The notes under the pieces were generated by a model, which saw nothing but the letters and a program-made list of their open reading frames with translations, searched no databases and had not been told where the DNA came from. From NCBI GenBank assembly GCA_050250895.1, contig JBFWNU010000005.1, positions 352,001 through 416,000 of the forward strand: a stretch of 64,000 bases of DNA. Reading direction: 5' to 3'. Shown piece after piece: positions 9,176 through 17,306 of this stretch (the stretch's first letter is position 1; the number at the start of each line of letters is the position of its first letter). Position numbers and translations under genes: made by a program. This DNA is from Vulcanimicrobiota bacterium (lineage in GTDB: Bacteria; Vulcanimicrobiota; Xenobia; Xenobiales; JADMJV01).

Positions 9176-10321
9176 TCAGGCTTCTCGCCCTTCCCTGCGG
9201 GCCTGGCGGGCTAGCTTGAGAATGGCCCGCAGGCGGCCCAGCAGTGATGTGGTCAGGCGCGGGTCCAGGCGACTCAGGTTCTCCCACTCCGAACGCTCTT
9301 CGAGCAAAGCGAGCAGACGTTGCACTACTCCCCAGGTGACCGACTGGATGCGCCTCAGGTGGGCCGCGTTGTAGTCGCTCTCTCGGGGGGCGAAGCCGGT
9401 CAGGTCGGTGTCGGGGTTCTCGACCATCGCGAAGGCTTCCACTCCAGGCAAGCCCAGGTCGTGGCGAACGATCGCCTCAAGACTCAGACCGTCGCTCACC
9501 AGGTGGATTCGGCTCGGCCCCTTCAGCTCTATGGGTAGGCGGATGGCCAATCCCGCCCTGGCTGGAGTAAAAGGCCAGCCAAAGAGGTCGAGCACCAGGG
9601 GCGTGCCCGCGCTTTGTCTGAGATAGACAAGATCGAGGCGCCGGTATGTGTCCCCATCGGGCAGCTTGACTCGCAACCCGCTCTCATTGGGCAGATAGGC
9701 GTCGCAAAGCGATTCTGGTCTCGGCCAGACGGCTTGCAAGGGCTGGCCATCGACGAATACCGGCACGGGTGACCAGCGATGGCGCTCGAGGGCGGAGCCC
9801 TCTTTTCGCGTCGTCAGGCCGCCATACCAGGGCTTACTCAGTTCGAAGCGGCAATCGCCCGGGGCCACCGGACAATCTTCGACTGTAGTCGCTCGCAGGC
9901 CACGCTTGGGATGAGCCTCGAGTAAGCAGGCGCCCCGGCCCGTCGTCAGCACCAGCCGGGCCGAACGGTGACTTCGCAAGCTGGCAGCTAGACCCTGACC
10001 CAGATGTCGTAAGGCTCGATGGCCGGCCGCCAGCGGGTTCTCGAGGGCGGCCATCACGGCGTGCAGATCGCCGAAACTGCTCGGCTGGCGAAAGTCGACT
10101 CGCACCAGCCTTCGACCGTGGCTGACCTCGACCTGAGTCGAATCGGCGGCAATGCCAGCCTGGATCAACTTGCAGAGAAAAAGCTCCGGGGACGGAAGGG
10201 TGAATTGGCCTAGCTTGGCCTTCAGATTGGAGGCGTCGAGAGTGAAGGCGCCCTCTGACTCGAAGCGGCCGGATCCGGCCATCTTTTCGAGAAATTCGTC
10301 GAGTTCGCTCCTTTCGTCCAC
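9176..10321 (-). CDS. Hypothetical protein with possible degenerate GHKL/HSP90-like N-terminus
   Basis: SEGAFTLD..KLGQFTLPSP..FLCKLIQA segment; 13 nt from the response regulator, same strand; family call tentative. Confidence 0.65.
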   Translation of the reverse strand: MDERSELDEFLEKMAGSGRFESEGAFTLDASNLKAKLGQFTLPSPELFLCKLIQAGIAADSTQVEVSHGRRLVRVDFRQPSSFGDLHAVMAALENPLAAGHRALRHLGQGLAASLRSHRSARLVLTTGRGACLLEAHPKRGLRATTVEDCPVAPGDCRFELSKPWYGGLTTRKEGSALERHRWSPVPVFVDGQPLQAVWPRPESLCDAYLPNESGLRVKLPDGDTYRRLDLVYLRQSAGTPLVLDLFGWPFTPARAGLAIRLPIELKGPSRIHLVSDGLSLEAIVRHDLGLPGVEAFAMVENPDTDLTGFAPRESDYNAAHLRRIQSVTWGVVQRLLALLEERSEWENLSRLDPRLTTSLLGRLRAILKLARQARREGREA

Positions 10322-10336
10322 CGCCAGATTCTAGCA
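10322..10336 (-). promoter_or_regulatory. Extended -10 promoter, probably leaderless
   Basis: Minus strand reads TG-C-TAGAAT, 6 nt, then GTG at 10321. Confidence 0.45.
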
Positions 10337-10442
10337 CAAGGCGGCTCCACCAGGTTGAGCACTCGCTTGCAACACCGCAGGCCGGCCAACTCGAAGCCAC
10401 CGAGATGGGACCGACGGATCTCGCGGCGGTGCGCCCATCCAT

Positions 10443-10512
10443 CCCCTGTGGCTGCGTTCCGCTTCCCTTACATGTTGCCATATGCGCGGTCAGACGTGCC
10501 TTGCCACAGGGG
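10443..10512. other. Perfect 10-bp inverted repeat in the purC upstream region
   Basis: CCCCTGTGGC (10443-10452) and GCCACAGGGG (10503-10512) with a 50-nt loop; function unknown. Confidence 0.45.
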
Positions 10513-10626
10513 CGCCTCGACACCGGCGATTGGTGACCAGCACGGACCTGCAACTTGCGGCAATCTGATGTTTGCTCGCTTCGAGCCCCGGGCACATGAA
10601 GTGAAAACCTCTCAGGGAGTAGAGCT

Positions 10627-11559
10627 TTGCTATCTAACAAGATCTCTCAGGCCACCCCGGTGGCCGGGGTCGACCTCGACGGGTTCGGCCCTAAACAGTC
10701 CGGTAAGGTGCGTGACGCCTATCTGCTGGACGGACGCCGCATTTTGATCACCACCGACCGGGTGTCGGCTTTCGACCGCGTGGTCGGATTGATTCCTTTC
10801 AAAGGCCAGGTGCTCAACCGCCTGACCAATTGGTGGTTCGAAAAGACCAAAGACCTGGTCTCGAACCATCTGCTCGAGAGCCCCCACCCCAACGTGGCCG
10901 TGGTGCGTGACGCCGAGCCGCTGCCGGTGGAAGTGATCGTGCGCGGCTACATTACCGGTGTCACCGGCACCTCGCTGTGGACCCTCTACCACAAAGGCGT
11001 GGACAAGCCTTATGGGCTGGACCTGCCGGCCGGGTTAAAAAAGAACGACAAGTTGCCCGAGAACGTCATCACCCCCACCACCAAGGGCGGCCCCGGCCAA
11101 AAGGACGAGCGCCTCACCTGTGCCGAGGTGGTCGAGCGCGGTCTGGTCAGCGCCGAGCTGTGGGCCGAAGTCGAGCGAGTAGCCCTCGAGCTGTTTCGCC
11201 GCGGCCAGGAAGTGGCCGAGAAGGCCGGTTTGATTTTGGTCGACACCAAGTACGAGTTCGGCCTCATCGACGGCAAGCTGAGCCTCATCGACGAGGTGCA
11301 CACGCCCGACTCCAGCCGTTACTGGCTGGCCGGCACCCAGGCCGACCCGGTCTATCGCGACAAAGAATTGTTGCGTCTGTGGCTGGCCGAGGTCGGTTTC
11401 ACCGGCGAGGGTGAGTCGCCGCCGATTCCCCAGGAGAAAGCCAACGAGATGGCCCAGGTCTATTGCGAACTGTTCGAGCAGCTGACCGGCGAGACCATCG
11501 AAGTTCCTGGCAAGTCTATCGAAGAAGCCATGCTCGGCCTGAAGTCGGGGGTGGCCTAA
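10627..11559 (+). CDS. purC: Phosphoribosylaminoimidazole-succinocarboxamide (SAICAR) synthase
   Basis: GKVRDAY, TDRVSAFD, PVEVIVRGY, LVDTKYEFG, DEVHTPDSSRYW; TTG start with GGAG RBS. Confidence 0.98.
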   Translation: MLSNKISQATPVAGVDLDGFGPKQSGKVRDAYLLDGRRILITTDRVSAFDRVVGLIPFKGQVLNRLTNWWFEKTKDLVSNHLLESPHPNVAVVRDAEPLPVEVIVRGYITGVTGTSLWTLYHKGVDKPYGLDLPAGLKKNDKLPENVITPTTKGGPGQKDERLTCAEVVERGLVSAELWAEVERVALELFRRGQEVAEKAGLILVDTKYEFGLIDGKLSLIDEVHTPDSSRYWLAGTQADPVYRDKELLRLWLAEVGFTGEGESPPIPQEKANEMAQVYCELFEQLTGETIEVPGKSIEEAMLGLKSGVA

Positions 11560-12051
11560 ATGAAACCGCTCGTTCCCATTTTGATGGGCTCCGGTCGCGA
11601 CCTCGACCGGGGCAAAGCGATTGCCAAGCACCTCGAGAAGTTCGGCCTCGAATCAGAGATTCGGGTCTGTTCGGCTCACAAGACTCCTGAGCACGCCCTC
11701 AACATCCTGAAGGCTTACGAGGCCGACGGGCGGCCCAAGGTCTATGTGACCATCGCCGGCCGCTCCAACGCTTTGAGCGGCTTTGTTGACGGTCAGGTCA
11801 AGGCGCCCGTGGTGGGCTGCCCGCCGCTTTCGGCTGATTATGCCGGTATCGACGTGTGGTCGACCCTGCGGATGCCGTCGGGGGTGGCTCCGGCGACCGT
11901 GCTCGAGCCCGAAGCCACGGCTTTGCTATGCGCCAAGATGCTGGCTTTAGCCGTGCCCGGATTGGCCGACAAGGTCGGTGACTATCAGCAACGGATGCGC
12001 AAGGAAGTGACCGAGTCCGACGCCGGGCTTCGTCCCGCCGAGGTAGGTTAG
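11560..12051 (+). CDS. purE: AIR carboxylase / N5-CAIR mutase
   Basis: ILMGS, SAHKTP, AGRSNALSG, STLRMPSGV; abuts purC. Confidence 0.96.
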   Translation: MKPLVPILMGSGRDLDRGKAIAKHLEKFGLESEIRVCSAHKTPEHALNILKAYEADGRPKVYVTIAGRSNALSGFVDGQVKAPVVGCPPLSADYAGIDVWSTLRMPSGVAPATVLEPEATALLCAKMLALAVPGLADKVGDYQQRMRKEVTESDAGLRPAEVG

Positions 12052-13527
12052 ATGATCGAACAGGGTCCCCGCGAGGCCTGCGGCGTTTTCGGGATCTATG
12101 CTCCCGGACGCGACGTGGCCCGCATGACGTTCTTTGCTCTTTACGCCCTGCAACATCGGGGCCAGGAGAGCGCCGGTATCGTTACCTGTGACGGCAAGGG
12201 GGCCATGTTGCACAAGGGCATGGGGTTGGTCTCGCAGGTTTTCAACGAGGCCAACCTCAAGCCGCTGGGCGGCCATCTGGCCGTGGGTCACACCCGCTAC
12301 TCGACCACCGGATCGTCGCATCCGCGCAATGCCCAACCCATCGTCATCGAGACCATCCATGGTCCGCTGGGGGTGGCCCACAACGGGAACCTGGTCAACA
12401 CCCGCGAGCTGCGTCAAAAGCTGCTCGAACGCGGGGTGGGGCTGGTGTCGGGCAGCGATTCCGAGGCTATCACCCAGATTCTGGCCGCTCCTCCCGAGGT
12501 TTGGGGCGAGCACGGCGACGACGAGGGCGACCGCTGGTTGGCTTCCATTCGCGCTTTGATGCGAGTGGCCAAAGGCTCTTACTGCCTGACCATCTTGACC
12601 CGCAAGGCCATTTACGCCGTGCGCGACCCGATGGGCATTCGGCCGCTCTGCCTGGGCGAGGTCGACACCGGCTGGGCGGTGGCCTCCGAGTCGTGTGCTC
12701 TCGAGACCATCGGAGCTCGCCTGCTGCGCGAGGTCGAACCCGGCGAGATCGTGCGCATCGACAAACGCGGCATCCAGTCGTTTCGCGGGGCCGAGCCCGA
12801 ACGCCGGGCTTTCTGCGTGTTTGAATATGTCTATCTGGCCAGGCCAGACTCGATCATCGAGGGGCGAGGGGTGCACGAGGTGCGCCGACGCTTCGGCGAA
12901 GCTCTGGCCCGTGAAGCTCCAGTCGAGGCCGATGTGGTGGTGGGCGTGCCCGACTCGGCCATCTCGGCGGCTATCGGTTACAGCCTTGCCTCGGGTATTC
13001 CTTATACCGAAGGCTTGATCAAGAACCGCTACATCGGGCGCACCTTCATCCAGCCGGACGATGCCTTGCGCAAAGTCGGGGTGGGCCTCAAATACAATCC
13101 GCTTCACTCTAACCTCGAGGGCAAGCGAGTAGTGCTGGTGGACGACTCCATCGTGCGCGGGAACACGGCCGGGCCGCTGGTCGACCTGCTGCGTTCGGGC
13201 GGGGCCGCCGAGGTGCATGTGCGAGTCGCCTCGCCACCGGTGCGGCACCCTTGCTTTCTGGGGGTCGATATGGCCACCCGCAATGAACTGGTGGCGCACC
13301 GCCTCGACGTGGAAGGCATTCGCAAGTGGATTCGCGCCGACAGCCTGGCCTATCTGACCCACGAAGGCATGTTGGAGGCGGTGGGCGAGGGCCTCGACGA
13401 TCGCAGGGGGCGTTGCACAGCCTGCTTCTCGGGCAGCTATCCGATGCCGATTCCCGAGCGCTTGTTCGCCGAAGAGAGCGAGAAAGAAGTGCTCGAGACT
13501 GTCTGGCAGCAGAAGGCTGGCGTCTAG
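12052..13527 (+). CDS. purF: Amidophosphoribosyltransferase (propeptide, Fe-S type)
   Basis: REACGVFG Ntn cysteine, LQHRGQE, GHTRYST, VDDSIVRG PRPP motif, Fe-S cysteines CVFE, HPCF, CTAC. Confidence 0.99.
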   Translation: MIEQGPREACGVFGIYAPGRDVARMTFFALYALQHRGQESAGIVTCDGKGAMLHKGMGLVSQVFNEANLKPLGGHLAVGHTRYSTTGSSHPRNAQPIVIETIHGPLGVAHNGNLVNTRELRQKLLERGVGLVSGSDSEAITQILAAPPEVWGEHGDDEGDRWLASIRALMRVAKGSYCLTILTRKAIYAVRDPMGIRPLCLGEVDTGWAVASESCALETIGARLLREVEPGEIVRIDKRGIQSFRGAEPERRAFCVFEYVYLARPDSIIEGRGVHEVRRRFGEALAREAPVEADVVVGVPDSAISAAIGYSLASGIPYTEGLIKNRYIGRTFIQPDDALRKVGVGLKYNPLHSNLEGKRVVLVDDSIVRGNTAGPLVDLLRSGGAAEVHVRVASPPVRHPCFLGVDMATRNELVAHRLDVEGIRKWIRADSLAYLTHEGMLEAVGEGLDDRRGRCTACFSGSYPMPIPERLFAEESEKEVLETVWQQKAGV

Positions 13528-13528
13528 C

Positions 13529-13562
13529 AAAAATAAGGCCAGTCCTGGCTGGACTGGCTTTC
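13529..13562. terminator. Probable bidirectional intrinsic terminator
   Basis: AAAAATAA, stem GCCAGTCC-TGGCT-GGACTGGC, then TTT; lies between convergent purF and the small ORF. Confidence 0.7.
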
Positions 13563-13613
13563 TCGAGTCTCTCGGACGAGTCGGGGAGGGGAAGCGACCC
13601 GTCCTTTCCAAAC

Positions 13614-13823
13614 TTAGCCGATGTAGTGGCTGGTGTCGGCCGGAGCCGACTTCTTCTGGGCTTCTACCGAGGCCCAGAATCCCGGCTGCTGGTGGGCGCC
13701 GATGCCCACCGCCATACCGGCACTGCCACGCTGATCCCAGGAAAACTGTTCGATACGGTTGGACTTGTCCTTGCCGAAGGGGATCGCTCCGGATGGTGTC
13801 CAGTTATAGGTTACGTGAGTCAC
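13614..13823 (-). CDS. Small hypothetical protein (69 aa)
   Basis: GTG start with GAGAGG RBS; fills the intergenic gap; terminator downstream and repeat box upstream. Confidence 0.55.
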   Translation of the reverse strand: MTHVTYNWTPSGAIPFGKDKSNRIEQFSWDQRGSAGMAVGIGAHQQPGFWASVEAQKKSAPADTSHYIG

Positions 13824-13905
13824 GAGCCTGACCTCTCTCTGCCGTGGTGCTTGATTTCATTAAACGGTACCCGATTGGCGTTCTCCTTGGTGGTCGATTC
13901 TTGAA

Positions 13906-13923
13906 TATGAACACAGTGTTAAA
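13906..13923 (-). promoter_or_regulatory. Heptamer-N4-heptamer direct-repeat box
   Basis: Minus strand TTTAACA-CTGT-GTTCATA between divergent genes; resembles GTTAACA-TTCT-GTTCACA at 49661. Confidence 0.4.
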
Positions 13924-13981
13924 GGTGTGTTGCCGGCTTGTGAACAACATGGCGGGGACGTTGGGGGACAAATCTATCTAG

Positions 13982-14386
13982 ATGCAGACCTTTGTAGTGC
14001 CGAGACGGTTTGGCGGCTCGCCGATGCGCGAGATGATCGAACTGGTATTACCAGTTCTCAAAGGCATTTTTGGGGCTCCCGTGGGCGAGCCGGACTGGCA
14101 TCACTTCGCCAACGCCAAGTCGATGAAGATCGGAATGCCGGTGGGTCCTCACCTGGCCGGGGAGTGCGGCCTGGGCATCGTCGACCCTTACGCTGGCGGG
14201 GTCGATTGGTGGGAGCGCTTCGAAGCCCGTGGCTTCGAGGGCCTGACTTTCAATCTTACCCTGGAGGACCACGTGAGGTCACACAGCGAGTTGCGTTTGG
14301 ATCTGGAGGGTCCCGAGGAGGTGGTCGAGCCGATTCGCAGCGCCCTGGCGCCGGTGCTGGCTCGGCTGGTCCTTGGTCGGAATTGA
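13982..14386 (+). CDS. Hypothetical protein
   Basis: 134-aa ORF with protein-like composition and a GGGGGA RBS-like element. Confidence 0.65.
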   Translation: MQTFVVPRRFGGSPMREMIELVLPVLKGIFGAPVGEPDWHHFANAKSMKIGMPVGPHLAGECGLGIVDPYAGGVDWWERFEARGFEGLTFNLTLEDHVRSHSELRLDLEGPEEVVEPIRSALAPVLARLVLGRN

Positions 14387-14451
14387 CGGGAGTTTTTCCT
14401 CCGAAGTAGAAGACGTAGAGAGGCCTGGGGTGGCAGAATCGGAGGTTGGGT

Positions 14452-16248
14452 GTGACACGAAAAGGCATGGCGCTGGTCACGACTCTGATGGTCGTCGGCA
14501 TCTTGATCCTGATGGCTGTGGCCGTCATCACGTCGGTAAATCAGGGAATGTCCCTCACCAAGAGCTATCACGACGAGGTGGCCGCCCTCTATATTGCTGA
14601 AGCCGGCCTGGCCGACGTCATGTCTCACCTCGAGATCGACACCGCCTGGATTGACGGGTTCAACCGCGAATCCATGACCCACCGACCCGGCGACTATACT
14701 GTCTATTTCAATCAGTCCGGCACGAATTTCGAGCGTTGGCACTCGGTCAACAACCTGACCGGAACCGTGCCCGTCGACGGCCCCCGAGGACCCCTCAGCG
14801 TCCCTGCCTACTCGGCCGTGATCGTGGTGGTTGGACGGGCCGGTAGTGTCCAGCGGCAGCTCGAGGCCGTCGTCTACAGCGAGGGCGTGATCAACGTAGA
14901 GTATCCCTTGATGACCTCAGGGGTGATTCACCTGAGCGGCGACGTCGAAGTGACCGGCCTCAAGAGCCTGCACGGCTTCGAGCGCGTGGCCGCGGGCGTT
15001 CACTCTAACAGTGGTGGAGGACGCCCGGGCTCGACCATCGAGTGGGAGAAGGACCACTCCTGGGACAAAGTGCTGGTGACCGGCAAGGTGAGCGCGGTCG
15101 ACCCCCGACCGGACGCCATCGATTTCGGTTCAGACCCTGACGACTACGATGTCGGAGCCTTCGAAAAGGACGCCGCCCGCCGGATGTTCCCCACCGTCGG
15201 GGACATCAGTCACCTGGTGGGGCTGCGTTCGGACAAGCCGACCCCTACCATCGTCGACGGGGGCACCACCGAGCTGACTGCCGGTGAGTTCTATCAAGGC
15301 GGCGACCTCGAGGTCCAGGGGGATCTGGTGCTCGATGGCACCGACCTCTACGTTGACGGCGACTTGATCGTCAACGGCGGTATCTCGGGGGAAGGGGCGG
15401 TCTGGGTCTCGGGCAAAACCGAGTTTCGGGGCGACGCCACCCTGCGTTCTAGCGACAAAGCGGCCATCATGAGCGAGGGGCCCGTGACCCTCATGGGCTT
15501 CGACGGAAACGACTATATGGAAGCTTTCGCCGACCGCGACCCCGACGTTCGATTGCTATGGGATGCTTCCAAGCAGACTCTGGGCGAGATCGCAACCAGC
15601 CTGGAAGAGGGCGATCCGGCCACCACCATGGGCCCCGACGGAAGCCTCGATTTACTGGGGAGAAAACTTGGCGAGCACGCCGAGAATCCTCCTGCCATTC
15701 CGGGCGATCCGCTGGTTAGCGGCGACTATCTGGGCCAGTTGGTGGAACGACTCGAGGCCGAGCCCGAAAGTAGCGCTCGTGACTTCATGATCTCGAAACT
15801 CGACGGCTATCGCGACTTCTTTAGCGAGACCTCGTCGGCGCATGACGAATGGGTGGCCGAGAACTTTTATGAGGACCCCAGAACCCGTCGGGGGGCCTTT
15901 GATGCCGTGGTGGATAGCGGCTATAGCGATGCGGCCGGCGCCCTGTTGACCCAGGTGGCCACGGTCAACTACGAGAAGCTCGGCGCCTCCTACTTTCAGG
16001 GGATCATCTATACCAACGGGTCGTTCTTTGCGGCCAACAACGTCACCGCCCTGGGAACCATTCTGGTGGACGGCAAAGGCAGCCATACCACGCCAAATCC
16101 TCTCAACCCGAGCCAGAATCTCCGGCCTGGAGATCTGGTGATGACCCGCGGCGCCAACTTGACCTTCATCGAGGACTTCTTCCAGGAGGGCGCGGGAGCG
16201 ATCCACCTGCGCGGGCCCGTTCGGGTGCGAACCTGGGCGGCGCGTTGA
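14452..16248 (+). CDS. PilX-like minor pilin with large beta-rich C-terminal region
   Basis: RKG|MALVTTLMVVGILILMAV leader, AALYIAEAGL PilX motif, repeated GDL-x-V-x-G strands; GGAGG RBS favours GTG at 14452. Confidence 0.85.
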   Translation: MTRKGMALVTTLMVVGILILMAVAVITSVNQGMSLTKSYHDEVAALYIAEAGLADVMSHLEIDTAWIDGFNRESMTHRPGDYTVYFNQSGTNFERWHSVNNLTGTVPVDGPRGPLSVPAYSAVIVVVGRAGSVQRQLEAVVYSEGVINVEYPLMTSGVIHLSGDVEVTGLKSLHGFERVAAGVHSNSGGGRPGSTIEWEKDHSWDKVLVTGKVSAVDPRPDAIDFGSDPDDYDVGAFEKDAARRMFPTVGDISHLVGLRSDKPTPTIVDGGTTELTAGEFYQGGDLEVQGDLVLDGTDLYVDGDLIVNGGISGEGAVWVSGKTEFRGDATLRSSDKAAIMSEGPVTLMGFDGNDYMEAFADRDPDVRLLWDASKQTLGEIATSLEEGDPATTMGPDGSLDLLGRKLGEHAENPPAIPGDPLVSGDYLGQLVERLEAEPESSARDFMISKLDGYRDFFSETSSAHDEWVAENFYEDPRTRRGAFDAVVDSGYSDAAGALLTQVATVNYEKLGASYFQGIIYTNGSFFAANNVTALGTILVDGKGSHTTPNPLNPSQNLRPGDLVMTRGANLTFIEDFFQEGAGAIHLRGPVRVRTWAAR

Positions 16249-16646
16249 GACGAGGCTTCACCCTTGCCGAGGTGATGATCGCCCTGGGCATCCTGGCGGT
16301 GGCTGTGCTGACCATCATCGCCACCTTCACCGGCGCCCTTCAACTTAGTTCCAAGTCATCGGAGATCACGGCCGCCACCGGCGTCGGACAAGATTTCCTC
16401 GAGGCAGTGCGCGACGGGGGATACGACTTCGTCCCGGACGGCACTTTCTCGTTTGACGGACGTCGAGGAGACCCGGCGATCGATGGATTTCCCCCCGATC
16501 CTTATCCGGTTGCACAGGTGGACGGACGCGACTATAGTTTGAAAGTCCGGGTCGACCCCAAAGGGGCGACTCTCAAGGTTGTGTCTGTCGAAGTCTTTTG
16601 GGGAAACCAGAGCCGAATTGCGCTGGAAACTTACTTTTACCCCTGA
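16245..16646 (+). CDS. PilV-like prepilin
   Basis: Canonical RRG|FTLAEVMIAL N-methylation motif; C-terminal LKVVSVEVFW. Confidence 0.9.
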   Translation: MRRGFTLAEVMIALGILAVAVLTIIATFTGALQLSSKSSEITAATGVGQDFLEAVRDGGYDFVPDGTFSFDGRRGDPAIDGFPPDPYPVAQVDGRDYSLKVRVDPKGATLKVVSVEVFWGNQSRIALETYFYP

Positions 16647-17256
16647 TTGCGGCCTGAGCCGTCGCCGCGGAATGGTGCTCGTCGAGATGATGATCGCCGG
16701 CGCTGTCTTTTTGCTCTTGACCGCTGCTCTCTTCATGATCTTTTTCATGGGCGCTAAGGCATGGCGCAAGTCGGATCAGCGGGCCGACGTCACCCGAGAA
16801 GCCCAGCTGGCCACGGCGCGCCTGGTGCGTGAGGCTACCCGCAGCAGCATTCTGAGCCTGTCTTTGACCCCGGATGGCCGAGGCGTGTCATTTCTGTCAC
16901 CGATAGACGACCAGGGTCAGTTCGTGTTCGACGCCGCCGGCAATACTCGCTGGCAACGCTTCGTGATCTACTATTTCGATGCCGCTAGCGCAGAGCTGCG
17001 AAGGCGCGAGGTTCCCTTGCCCGTGGGCTCGACGCTGTCGCAGTTTCCTGAGCCCATCGAGCGCCTCAACCCTCCCCAAACGCTGGCCAGCTATCTGGTG
17101 GGAGGCCGCGTGGTGGCGCGCGACCTGACCGAATTCGGAGCCTGGACGCCCATGGGCAGCCGCCGGCTCAACGTGACCGTGAGCGTGAAGAAGTCGGTGC
17201 CTCGCGAGCCAGACGCTACCGCTACCGTGACCACCGGCGTGCTTCTTCACAACTAG
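16579..17256 (+). CDS. PilW/PulJ-like prepilin (start uncertain)
   Basis: RRRG|MVLVEMMIAG with Glu5 and a hydrophobic helix; true start probably near 16620-16670. Confidence 0.8.
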   Translation: MCLSKSFGETRAELRWKLTFTPDCGLSRRRGMVLVEMMIAGAVFLLLTAALFMIFFMGAKAWRKSDQRADVTREAQLATARLVREATRSSILSLSLTPDGRGVSFLSPIDDQGQFVFDAAGNTRWQRFVIYYFDAASAELRRREVPLPVGSTLSQFPEPIERLNPPQTLASYLVGGRVVARDLTEFGAWTPMGSRRLNVTVSVKKSVPREPDATATVTTGVLLHN

Positions 17257-17306
17257 ACTCTGGTTGGGAATGGTACCGGGGGGGATCGGTAGAACGGACT
17301 GCCCCT

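Noticed and set aside
10600-10655. CTCTCAGG words resembling a glycine riboswitch
   Set aside because: The GGAGA and CGCCGAAG core elements are absent, and the second copy lies inside purC.
11947-13611. 554-aa minus-strand ORF, and similar long ORFs such as 2875-4134, 5399-6454, 23852-25273, 37189-38211, 53598-54569 and 59475-60440
   Set aside because: They overlap well-supported genes in another frame or strand and have no motifs; expected in high-GC DNA.
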